A DNA stretch of 64,000 nucleotides from Octopus vulgaris (Eukaryota), in the NCBI GenBank assembly GCA_951406725.2, contig OX597817.1, forward strand, positions 10,416,001 through 10,480,000, in the 5' to 3' direction. Position 1 is the first letter of the stretch. The number at the start of each line of letters is the position of its first letter. A program made the translations under genes and the position numbers. The notes beneath the pieces are model-generated. The model was not told the DNA's origin, searched no databases, and saw nothing but the letters and a program-made list of their open reading frames with translations. Of this stretch, positions 41,102-54,711 are shown one piece after another.

Positions 41102-41723
41102 CAATTACTACTACTTTCACATGAATCTTCTAACACTTCTTTGCCCAGCTGTCATCATCAACACACATTACATGTCCATGCAAATACAGATGTCATTTTT
41201 TTTTTTCATTTTATACAGTATATCTGATTCCTCTTACACTTAGATTTTCTCTCATCTCATCTCATCTCATCTCATCAGTGCCTCATCATTCATGCACTCA
41301 AGTAGAAAAATACAAAATTTTGTACCAAGATAGTTTTCAAAATTACAAAACATCTAAAGGAAGTAACCCAAACGGTCCAACAGCGTCATTAATTTAGATA
41401 AATCAGGTAGGCGATGATGTTCTGAATGGTATCTGTAAAACTGTTAAATAAATTCAAATTTATCTTTAGCTGGAAAAAGAAAAGCAAAGAAAAACTAGTG
41501 GTAAGTTGTAAGCAACTTTAAAAAAAAAATTAATCAATTTCACTTCTTTAGAATTTTTTAGTGAATATCATTCAATATTCAGTATATCATCACCAATCCA
41601 ATTTTGATTCACACTTTGGCTAATTTCAGTTTTTTCCTTTAGTTCACATTTTGTATTTATGCAGAGGATACAGCCCCTAATTTTTTTCAGTTCTTTATCT
41701 AGTCATAAAACTTATGAATAAAA

Positions 41724-41881
41724 TATCTTGTTTTGATATTAGACATTTTAGTAATGGTTTTCGGTCTAAACAAAAGTCTTCTTCCTTTAATCTAATTGAT
41801 TTAAGTTTTACTCGGGTATGATTCTGCTTTTGGTAACAATGTATTGATACAGGAAGAACAGTATCCTCATGTTGTTGCAGT
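41724..41881 (+). repeat. Local duplicate of 44423-44541 plus 44934-44960 (empty site of the SINE at 44542)
   Basis: Colinear match on both sides of the SINE, with a single copy of the TSD. Confidence 0.88.
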
Positions 41882-42939
41882 GCTTTATCTATTCATAAAA
41901 CTTTCTGTCAACAAACTCAGGTAGACCTCTCAACTGATATGACCTAATAAGAGCCAAAAATGTCCATTGCTTTCACCTGGCAAAGCAGACCACCATTAGT
42001 TTCCTTGGACATTGTTTTTTTACAGATTGCCCATAAGCATTCCTTTGGCTTTTTTAACAATGATAATTTCAAGTACAAGGCAACGAATCAATTGTTTGAT
42101 GGCTCATATTATGTCACCAAGCACTAAACTGTCCACAAGGAGTACAATTAGTCCTCAATGGCTGAGTTTATTTAGCCATATGTACTCTGAAACAGTACAG
42201 TGCACCCTTGCAAAGTGTTTTATCAGCTGAGTTAAACTGGGCTCAGTTTAACCCCTCATGTACAAAAGTTTCTCTTCTAGAGATAATCATCATCATCATC
42301 ATCATTTAGCGTCCGCTTTCCATGCTGGCATGGGTTGGACGGTTCAACTGGGGTCTGGGAAGCAAGAAGGCTGCATCAGGCCCAGTCTGATCTGGCAGTG
42401 TTTCTACGGCTGGATGCCCTTCCTAACGCCAACCACTCCGTGAGTGTAGTGGGTGCTTTTTATGTGCCACCCGCACAGGTGCCAGATGGAGCTGCCAAAC
42501 GGCCACGAACGGATGGTGCTTTTACGTGCCACCGGCACGGGGGCCAGGTGAGGCTGGCAACGGCCATGAACGGATGGTGCTACATGCCACCAGCACGGGG
42601 GCCTCCCTCCTTCCTCCTCCTCCATCTCCTTCTCTTCTTCCTCCTCCTCCTCCTCATCACTATCATTAAAACATGGTTCCATGTTCTTATAGGCATGGTT
42701 TAGCGTTGCATGACAGATTCTTCAGTTTGTTGGTTCCATAATTCTTCTGGGAAATACATGAAACCATTTTCTAATGGCTGGGTATAATTCTAGTGCTTAA
42801 GAAGGTTACATTTCCCCCCCACAGAAATGGTTAAATGAAGCATTACAAACCAACAAAGCACCTCTACAGTCAACAAGTATCAAGTTCTATGTATGTATGT
42901 ATGTATATATATATGTGTGTGTGTGTGTCTGTGTGTGTC

Positions 42940-42992
<53 letters not shown>

Positions 42993-43005
42993 GTGTGTAT
43001 GTATG

Positions 43006-43036
<31 letters not shown>

Positions 43037-43802
43037 TATATATCTCCATACATGGAGTGGAGTGTCAGTAGTTAAACAACATACAACTAAACAGCAACAG
43101 CAACAACAACAACAACAACAGCAACAAGGTGAATATACCATTTTGTTTTGGATGCAACAAAGAAAGAAAATATCTATGGAAATTATGTGCTGATATTCAA
43201 CCATTTTCTCTGTATTCCTTCCATTTAAGCAAGACAAAAGCAAAGCTAATACAATATATTATGTTGTAACCAGGTTATTGTATAATTCTATTACTCGAAT
43301 TTGTCACTTAAACGGTAGTAGAAACATTCTTGTTTTGCTTGTTTATTATTCATTAATCTGTGGAAGAATAGCTAAAGCAGTATTCGTTATTCGTTCATTA
43401 TTGCCTGAGCAGTAGAGATGTTCTGTTTTATATACTTGCAGGTTATATAGTTAAAAAGAAAACCGTAGGCAAGCGGGGAATTTTAAGGAGAAGCAATGTT
43501 GTGGAAAAAAAGGATTAGATAACATAGTATAGAGTCTGGATGTGAAACAGAGGATTTTTTTTTTTTTTTTTTTTTTTGGTTGGCAGTAGAATAGGAGACA
43601 GAAGATACAGCCGCCATTAAATAAATCTTCCAACAATATTTAAAATATAGACAAAATTAAAGAGAAATTTTGTAGATAAGAGCCACCTGCTTCTTTGAAA
43701 CATAATTTTAGTATCCAAGTCATTACAACATTTTATAATGTACCACTCATCACATAATTTTGTAATTCTACAAAATAACCTTCAAATTTACTTTATAATG
43801 TT

Positions 43803-44380
43803 CATCATCATCATCATCGTTTAATGTCCGCTTTCCATGCTGGCATGGGTTGGACGATTTGACTGAGGTCTGGCGAACCAGATGTCTGCACCAGACTCCA
43901 ATCTGATCTGGCAGAGTTTCTACAGCTGGATGCCCTTCTTAACGCCAACCATTCCTAGAGTGTAATGGGTGCTTTTATGTGCCACCAGTACGAGGGCCAG
44001 TCAGGTGGTACTGGCAATGACCACGCTCAAATGGTGCTTTTTATGTGGCACCTGCACAGGAGCCAGTCCAGCAGCACTGGCAACGACCTCGCTCGAATGT
44101 TTTTTTCACATGCCACCAGCAAAAGTGCTACTAAGGCAACGCAGGTAACGATCACGCTCGAATGGTGTTTTTAACATGCCATCGGCTCGGAGGCCAGCTT
44201 GTTGCTCTGGCCCCGATCTCACTTGTATGGTACTCTTAGTGTTCCACTAGCAACGGATGCCAGTCATCGAATTTGATTTCGATTTCACTTGCCTCAACAA
44301 GTCTTCGCAAGCAGAGTTTAGTGTCCAATGAAGGAAAGGCACACATAAGTGGACTGGTTACACCCCTGGCATAGGCCACA
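43803..44380 (-). mobile_element. RTE LINE 3' UTR fragment
   Basis: Reverse complement of about 22440-22980, starting with (CAT)n. Confidence 0.85.
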
Positions 44381-44541
44381 AATGCATCATATTTCATGCC
44401 ACAGCATCCTCTTGATAATTATTATCTTGTTTTGATATTAGACCTTTTAGTAATGGTTTTCGGTCTTGTTGCTCTAATCTAATTGATTTAAGTTTTACTC
44501 AGGTATGATTCTGCCTTTGGTAACAATGTATTAATACAGGA

Positions 44542-44920
44542 GAGGCACAATGGCCCAGTTGTTAGGGCAGTGGACTTGCGGTTGTAGGATCACGGTTTCG
44601 ATTCCCAGACCAGGAGTTGTGAGTGTTTATTGAGCGAAAACACCTAAAGCTCCACGAGGCTCTGGCAGGGTGTGGTGGCGAACTCTGCTGTACTCTTTCA
44701 CCACAACTTTCTCTCACTCTTTCTTCCTGTTTCTGTTGTAACTGTATTTCAAAGGGCCGGCCTTGTCACTCTTTGTGTCACGCTGAATCTCCCTGAAAAC
44801 TACGTTAAAGGTACACATGTCTGTGGAGTGCTCAGCCACTTGCGTGCTAATTTCACGAGCAGGCTGTTCCATTGATAAGATCAACTGGAGCCCTCATCAT
44901 CGTAACCGACGGAGTGCCAC
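44542..44920 (+). mobile_element. Same SINE family as 25923
   Basis: 13-bp TSD tattaatacagga (44529-44541, 44921-44933). Confidence 0.88.
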
Positions 44921-45466
44921 TATTAATACAGGAAGAACAGTATCCTTATGTTGTTGCAGTTACTTCCCTATATCCTTATATTCAATTGGAAAAGGACATG
45001 GTAATATGGATACGTAGAGGTGATTACTGTACAACAGATGTAAACAATCAGTGAACTAAGCCTAATAATTAGATTTCATTCATAACTAGAGCTATTTTGC
45101 TTCTCTTCAAATGATAATGCCCTTTAGAAAGCCATAAATGTTATAAATATTTCTTTGCACTTCCCTTGGTTCTTCTTATTTGTATTGATAGGAGTGGTTG
45201 AAAAACGAAATATAAATCCATAGGAAAAATCTTGCCTGTGTTTTTATTTTTCCAAAAGAAATAAGAAATGGTTTGTTTAGATATTTTTGTTATTGTCGAA
45301 TACATCAACCGTAGCAGAATGTTAATGGCATCAATTTCACAAGTCTTAATTTTCGTACAAAAACCATTGTAATTTGCTTATACTCTGAAGCAGAATTGTT
45401 TGAAACCAGCCAACTGGACCATCTCTAGGACAAACTTATCTTTATTTTATCATATGCTATCCTAAG

Positions 45467-45505
45467 ATTTAGGACTTGAAACATGCGGATTCCATTTTAG
45501 AGATG
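45467..45505 (+). CDS. Possible small cassette exon (39 nt, or 33 nt from 45473), phase 1-1
   Basis: Pyrimidine tract, cctaag| or atttag| acceptor, donor ATG|gtaagg; reads (D)LGLETCGFHFRD in frame with the exon at 47581. Confidence 0.22.
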
Positions 45506-46167
45506 GTAAGGAATGAAGATGTCAGTACTACTTGAAGCAAATTTCCCTCCCCGCCTGTTTTTTTTTTTTCCCTTATTGACTTCATACAAGCCAAAACAAT
45601 AACACTTCTATGCAGTCTCTCTTATGGAAAAAGAGAAAGTGCTCCAAAAAATAGATCGTTTCATTCCCTGTGACAAATCAACAACTTACTCAATTCTTCA
45701 ATCAACTTATTCAGCTTTCTTATATTGGGAGAATATACAGTTCAGTACTTTTGATGACCTTCATACACATGGAAATTCAGAACTTTATATATTTTCAAAG
45801 AGTGGTTTGATTAGTTCAGTTGCCATGAACTTATCAAATCCTTCTTTGAACTCTCTCTTATGATCCATTGTTGCTGATACAGATTATCACCATATATCTT
45901 ACAACATTAGTTTGTGCTGAAAAGCCTGCCAATATGGAAATTTACTATAAATTCCTTAAAATTATGAATATATGTAAGGTTTGTATATAGAAATTAACAT
46001 AACAGTCTTAAATGTTGATATATAAAATCATTTCTAGTGTTACAGTAGCTGTGATATATATATATATCATATATCATATATTATACATATATATATATAT
46101 ACATTATATATATCATATATATATATACATATATATATATCATATATCATATATTATACATATATAC

Positions 46168-46202
<35 letters not shown>

Positions 46203-46354
46203 TATATATATACTAACTTGAATGTCATGCAATTTTCCTTCGGAGATTCTGTGTACTTTATGGTTAATGTTTTTATTATTATTTGTTATTATATTATGGC
46301 TGTTTTATTTGTGCTCAACTGATTTGTTACCATACACACACACATATATATCAT

Positions 46355-47125
46355 TACTGTTCACTTCCACTGTTTACAGCAGTGCTTGGAAGGAAGGTGT
46401 GTAGCATGTGATCAATGCATTGACCATGACAGAAAAAGTTGTCATGGCGTTACTTACTCAGAAGCCTACGCAAAATTGCAGAAAGTTTGTGGAGAGGTGT
46501 ATATGAGATGTACACATGTGTATGAGTGGTTCAGACGTTTCCAAGATGCCCAAAAAAATGTTGATATTGACGAACGTTCAGGAAGCCCCGCAACCAGAAC
46601 TGAGTAAAACATCACAGATGTGAGTGAAGCTGTGAGGGGAAATCATTGAATAACCATCTGTGAGTTATCAGAGGATGTACAGATGTGTTACAGTTCAGTT
46701 TAGTCCATTATCACTGAAGATTTGGTTATGAGATGCATGTCTGTCAAGTTTGTGCCAAGACTGCTTTCAGCTGATCAAAAAGACACCTGGGCTTCGGTTG
46801 CACAAGATCTCCTTGATTGTGTCAAGAATGATGAAAACATTTTGAAACCTTTGTGTAGGCCTCTGAGCAGATATCGCCAAGGTTTTGGCAAAATTTGATG
46901 CAGATTCTCTGATCAGCTTTCTCTGTCATGGTCAATGTGGTGATCACATGCTACACATCTTCCTTCCAAGCACTGCTGTAAACAGTAGAAGTAAGCTTGA
47001 ACATTAAAACTTAGTGTGCATGCACAGCAGAGTTCAAGGTCCAATCTGTGCCCAACAGCTTTACTCTGCATGCTTTAGCTTTGTTACTATGGCAACAGTT
47101 CGGATGGTTATTGATTCGACCATAT
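46355..47125 (+). mobile_element. Internally deleted mariner with transposase N-terminal remnant and an inverted copy of its 5' end
   Basis: SEAYAKLQKVCGE..VYEWFRRFQD..DERSG and FVPRLLSADQK (WVPHEL-like) on +; QRICIKFCQNLGDICSEAY on minus; arms 46363-46439 / 46916-46992. Confidence 0.85.
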
Positions 47126-47240
47126 ATATATGTGTGTGTGTGTGTGTGTGTATACATATATCATCATATATAACCATATTAATATATATGTGTATGTGTA
47201 TGTATGTATGTATGTATGTATATATATATGTATATATATA

Positions 47241-47311
47241 TAATTTATAAGATAAGGGCAGAAGAAAAATTCTAATGAAGAATTTTTCTTCTGCCCTTAT
47301 CTTGTAAATTA
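47241..47311. repeat. 33-bp hairpin with 5-nt loop
   Basis: taatttataagataagggcagaagaaaaattct-aatga-agaatttttcttctgcccttatcttgtaaatta (one G-U pair on the + strand). Confidence 0.85.
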
Positions 47312-47580
47312 CGTATAAATTTTACCTTTAAAGGCATTTTTTGATATGCTGGCCAATGATAAAATTTTTTTCCCGAAAAAAATTTTATCCTATATTAATT
47401 ATATATATATATATATATATACATACATATAAATTGATCGTCATATACCTCTGTATGTGTATATCTATATCTATAGCAATTAATCACCAGCTGACATGCA
47501 ACACAAAGATAAATGTTAAATGAGTGTTTTAGCAAAATGGCAATTCTTCACCAGTTCCTCTGTTTTCTATCTCTTTGCAG

Positions 47581-47724
47581 ATTCCCCGGCAGCTACAACT
47601 GCCCTTTCTAGTCTCATAATGACACCTCATGCTCCACTGGTAGGGAACTCGACCCCTAATACACCCCATACCACAACCGCTCCTGTGACAACAACATGTG
47701 CAGATTCAACAAACGTTCCCACTG
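47581..47724 (+). CDS. Internal coding exon (144 nt, phase 1-1) of an unidentified gene; Ser/Thr/Pro-rich low-complexity segment
   Basis: Strong acceptor ttttctatctctttgcag| and donor ACTG|gtaaga. Only one open frame: (D)SPAATTALSSLIMTPHAPLVGNSTPNTPHTTTAPVTTTCADSTNVPT(G). GC-richer than flanks. Confidence 0.75.
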
Positions 47725-47798
47725 GTAAGAATATCAAACCATTGCAATATTGTTGTTGTTCTTCTTCTTCTTCATTTGCTTGCCTCGAGTGAATTACA

Positions 47799-48501
47799 TC
47801 TTTATATATAAAAGTGAGGTTGTGTGTCTGTCTGTCTCCTACGATTTAGATTCCTAACTACTCCCACATTTTGCAGTGCAGTGTAACCAAAAGCGGGTAT
47901 CTTATAGTCGTTATTCATATCGAGCCCTTCTGGGTATTAGCGCGCGTCTACGATGAGTCTACGATTTAAAAAAGATTTACCATCATTTTTTCCCATTTTA
48001 ATGCATTTTTTTCGCTATTACATAAGGGAAGTAACTCTCTAAAAATGTCTACGATGAGTCAACGATTTAAAAAAAATTTACCATCATTTTTCCCCATTTT
48101 AATGCATTTTTTTCGCTATTACATAAGGGAAGTAACTCTCTAAAAATGTCTACGATGAGTCAACGATTTAAAAAAAATTTACCATCATTTTTCCCCATTT
48201 TAATGCATTTTTTTGCTATTATATAAGGGAAGTAACTCTCTAAAAATGTCTACGATGAGTCTACGATTTTAAAAAAAATTTACCATCAATTTTTCCCATT
48301 TTTAATGCATTTTTTTGCTATTATATAAGGGAAGTAACTCTCTAAAAATGTATTATTAAATCTCAGGACGTAAAAAGCTACAGTAACACACCCCCCTTTG
48401 TGGTTAGCCATATTGAGATGGCTATTATACTTTACATCTCTAAAAATGCTTATATAGTTATTTCCCTTACAAATCCGAGCAACGCCGGGTGATACTGCTA
48501 G
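47799..48501 (+). mobile_element. Non-autonomous Helitron, copy 2, with four internal 100-bp tandem units (47946-48349)
   Basis: a|TCtttatatataaaag ... ccgagcaacgccgggtgatactgCTAG|t. Confidence 0.88.
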
Positions 48502-49310
48502 TCATATATATATATATTAAATGTTTCAGTGGTATACTTGCTTTGCAAGTGACTTGATTTAAGAGGGTATGTTGAAGCTGTAATAATTACATCATGGAAG
48601 ATTCATTTTAGCCATTTGAGAACACAAAAACTGTTATATTCAATTTCAGTTTATTTCGTAATACAGTCTGTTATGAAGTGTCAAAAGGAGATGCAATGGA
48701 ATTGTATCAATGTGCGAGTCACAAGTGTGCAATAAAATTTTTTGACACTTCATACTGTAGTACTATTAAGAAATAAATGAGAAACGATTGCGTGTTTTCT
48801 TTTGTTTTCTTAACTGGTAAATATTTTTTCTTCAACGATATTGAATGTTCTTATTTTATATATTTTCATATTCATTTATCATTTTTCTTTTTTACTTAAC
48901 AGGAAGCACTTTAACTAGTATTTGATCATTTATTATTATTTCTACTGAAAAGTATCAAAACTTACACTTCATACAATATACATGATTAGACTGAAAGCCT
49001 TGCTTTCAGACCAGCCATGTAGCTAATCAGTATTAGAAAATATTGTAGTTATAGTGGTTAGAATATTAGAAGACTAATATACAAGTCTTAGTTTCAAATC
49101 CTGTCACTAACATTTTATTGCAGCCTTGGTCAATTATCATTGCTTGCTTCAATCTATGAAATATGTAGCAATTTCATTTTATAGTAGAAGCTAGTGGGCG
49201 AGATGTTGTTTCAAAAAAGATGGATATGATCATAGCAGTTGAATAACAAGAACAACTATAATATATGGCTTTTTGTTCATACAAATTCGTGAAGCATTCA
49301 ATATTTTTAG

Positions 49311-49890
49311 TGAAGGTGCATGGCTCATTGGTTAGAGCGTTGGACTCACAATCATGAGATAGTGAGTTCGATTCCAAGACCTCGTGGTGTGTTGTGTTCT
49401 TGAGCAAGGCACTTTGCTTCATGTCACTTCAGTCCGCTCATCTCTAGATGCATGGGTGACTGCTAGTCTTGTGAAGGCACATGGCCTAGTGGTTAGAGCA
49501 GTGGACTCGCGGTCGAGGGATCGCGGTCGAGGGATCGCGGTCGAGGGATCGCGGGTTCAAATCTCAAACCGGGCGATGTGTGTGTTTATTAGTGAAACAC
49601 CTAAGCTCCACGCAGCTCCGGCAGAAGGTAATGGCAAACTTCTGCTGACTCTTTCGCCACTACTTTCTCTCACACTTTCCTCCTGCATCTTGTGGCTCAC
49701 CTGTGACGGACCGGCGTCCTGTCCAGGTGGGGAACCGGCCCTTATGAGCCAGGCATGGCTAAAGAAGGAACAAACAACAAATGCTAGTCCTCCATAAACA
49801 ACCTTGTCCAAACTTGTGCCTCAGAGGGGAAATTTCTCGGTGCAATCCCATGGTCATTCATGACTAAAGGGCGTCTTTAACCTTTTACCC
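49311..49890 (+). mobile_element. CORE-type SINE with a second SINE (49471-49781) nested inside
   Basis: TSD tgctagtc at 49461-49468 and 49782-49789; outer element resumes with tccataaacaaccttg. Confidence 0.8.
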
Positions 49891-49957
49891 TGCTTTTCGG
49901 CTGGCCAGAACAACTGAGTGTAACCCCTCCATGTGAAGAGTTAATACGTTTTATCAT

Positions 49958-50367
49958 ACTCTTTACTCTCTTTTACTTGTTTCAGTCATGTGACTGTGGC
50001 CATGCTGGAGCACCGCCTTTAGTCAATCAAATCGACCCCAGGACTTATTCTTTGTAAGCCGAGTACTTATTTTATCGGTTTCGTTTTGCCGAACCGCTAA
50101 GTTACGAGGACATAAACACACCAGCATCAGTTGTCAAGCGACGCTGGGGGGATAAACACAGACACACAAACACGCACATACACATATATATATACATATA
50201 TACGATGGGCTTCTTTCAGTTTCTGTCTACCAAATCCACTCACAAGGCTTTGGTCGGCCCGAGGCTATAGTAGAAGACACTTACCCAAGGTGCCATGCAG
50301 TGGGACTGAACCCGGAACCATGTGGTTGGTAAGCAAGCTACTCACCACACATCCACTCCTATGCCTA
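49958..50367 (-). mobile_element. Same SINE family, minus strand (others 8443-8840, 14600-15545 split, 15583-15745, 24102-24207)
   Basis: Reverse complement of the 34941 copy. Confidence 0.85.
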
Positions 50368-50664
50368 TAATACTGTGTTTATATCATCATATAAGAAACT
50401 GTTGTGTCATTACTTAGCTTTGGGTCAGCTCTGACTGAGCAAACCATTTGATCAAAGTATTCCAGTCATGACATTCCATCTTTTTCAGAGCATCTACAGC
50501 TACATTATCCATTGTGTTCGTCTCCTAAGACAGTACATTGTAACCTGATGGAGATTTGACCCCTATTTCTAGCAAGTGAAGTGGTCACATAGATGATCTT
50601 TTTCAGAAGAATAACATGGAGAAGAATGAATTTCAGGAGGCTGAAATATTATATTTATTAAAAA

Positions 50665-51058
50665 CTAGCAGTATCGCCCGGCGTTGCTCGGGTTTGTAAG
50701 GGAAATAACTATATAAGCATTTTTAGAGATGTAAAGTATAATAGCCATCTCAATATGGCTAACCACAAAGGGGGGGTGTTACTGTAGCTTTTTACGTTCT
50801 GAGATTTAATGATACATTTTTAGAGAGTTATTTCCCTTATATATGCCAAAAATGCATTAAAAATGGGAAAAATTGATGGTAAATTTTTTTAAATCGTAGA
50901 TTCATCGTAGACACGCGCTAATACCCAGAAGGGCTCGATATGAATCACGACTATAAGATACCCGGTTTTGGTTAAACTGCACCGCAAAATGTGGGAGAAG
51001 TTAGGAATCTAAATCGTAGGAGACAGACAGCACACAACCTCACTTTTATATATAAAGA
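50665..51058 (-). mobile_element. Non-autonomous Helitron, copy 3
   Basis: Same termini as copies 1 and 2; single internal unit. Confidence 0.85.
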
Positions 51059-51324
51059 TATGGTAATGCTGTGACAGGAGTTCTGAGAACATTCAGTTAC
51101 AAAAATAATTCAATGTGTATCATCTGATTTTGGATCTGTCTTTAATTTCCAAATTTCTATAACTTATTTCTAACTCATTTAAATGTTGTTTCAATATCCC
51201 AAATTGATTAACTGTCTCACTTAGTATGTATCAGTTCTGTAATTATAATCTGACATGCTAACTTTTTGGCACAGTGTTCAGAATATTAATACAATTAAAC
51301 TGATGCAATTGATGTTTATTCCAG

Positions 51325-51494
51325 GTAAAAGAGCCAGTTGTAGTGGTGTCCTGGACGGATCAGTAGTGGAAATTGCTCGTACACCATCTCCAGGTGAAAA
51401 GAACAATCTGACACAAAGATCAACAACATCCCGGCAAAACTCCCCGCCTGCATCCCCTCCGACAGGAAACAACCTAACGGCGGTAAATACCTAA
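51325..51494 (+). CDS. Next coding exon, probably terminal (stop TAA 51492-51494); alternative donor at 51482/51483
   Basis: Acceptor tgtttattccag|, phase 1, joins the previous exon in frame: GKRASCSGVLDGSVVEIARTPSPGEKNNLTQRSTTSRQNSPPASPPTGNNLTAVNT*. CpG/GC-rich relative to flanks. GCG|gtaaat could instead be a phase 0 donor. Confidence 0.72.
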
Positions 51495-51880
51495 ATCACT
51501 GCTTTTAAGACCTTCAAAATACTGATAGAGGCTTATTGGCATAATACTGAAATGAAAAGAAAACTAAATGAAAAAAAAAAAAAACAAAATATGTGACACA
51601 CATACATTCAAACACAAATCTACTCAATGCAAAGAAAAGTAATGTGTACATGAGCCAATCAACTGTTAAACAACCATCTTACTGTACAAGAGCAACAACT
51701 GTACAACAGCAACAACAAAAAACACTTGCACAATAGAACAGTGAAATGGCTGCCAGGCCATAATTCTGAAAGCAAATGAGCAAATGAACTCTTTGAAAAA
51801 TCAGTTGTAGGTCTTTGGAAGGATAAATACAATTGCAATTTTAAAAGTATAAATATATACATATACATATATGCATATAT

Positions 51881-51942
<62 letters not shown>

Positions 51943-52339
51943 ATATATATACACACATGTTTGTATATGGCTGACTGTGTGTGTATGAGTGTATGCATGT
52001 GTGTGTGTGCTTGCGTGCGCGTGTGCATGTGTGTGAAGAATAAGAAAATAAATGAGACAATTTCATGTTGCAGAAAAGAAAGAAAAATTTCTGAAAAGTA
52101 ATGCAAAGCAAAATTGATGAAATTCGTGTCCATTATAGATTCTGCTGGCTTTAGGACTGCCTCTGAGGAGCAAAGATTTGTACATGAGACAAATAAAGCA
52201 AGATCTTATATAATGATCATAGACAAAGAGGACATCTATAGTAATATATATTTGTATGTATCTCTATACATACATGCAGGTATACATATTGATATAAATG
52301 TGGGTGCATATATGAATGTATGCATGTTCCCCCATGTGA

Positions 52340-54200
<1,861 letters not shown>

Positions 54201-54650
54201 ATGCTTCTCTATCTACCTCTCTATCTAACTATCTGTCTATTACTCATGCATTTCCTTATTTCTAACAATCTAACAGTCAATGAATAACACAGCTAAGCAT
54301 TGTTTTTAGTTGTTGATGATGTTGTTGTTGTTGTTGTTAAAGTTTTAACTTCTCTTTACACTAAATTACAAAGCGAAAAAAAGTTCAACAGTAGAAATTC
54401 CAAACCATAAAACTGGGTTGTTTTCATTGTGTTTCTGTTGTTATTCTTTTATTATTATCATTATTATTTTTATTATTATTATATGAAAATTCACAGCTTA
54501 TTTTGCTGGGTATGATGGAAAGTGTCAGCTGTCCACAGTCAGCAGACTAAGGTGACACTTGTCTACTGGTCATACTTCAAGAACCCTGCGAAGAATTCTT
54601 GTGATCTTATTATTATCTTATTATTATCATTATTATTATTATTATTATTA

Positions 54651-54709
<59 letters not shown>

Positions 54710-54711
<2 letters not shown>

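Noticed and set aside
43053-43128. Poly-Gln stretch ending in CAAG|gtgaat (phase 1)
   Set aside because: No convincing acceptor or in-frame start; likely a (CAA)n microsatellite.
47946-48349. Regularly spaced repeats resembling a CRISPR array
   Set aside because: No unique spacers; tandem units inside a Helitron in eukaryotic DNA.
48600-48830. Imperfect inverted repeat (atgaagtgtcaaaa / ttttgacacttcat)
   Set aside because: Probably an old MITE, but termini and TSD could not be defined.
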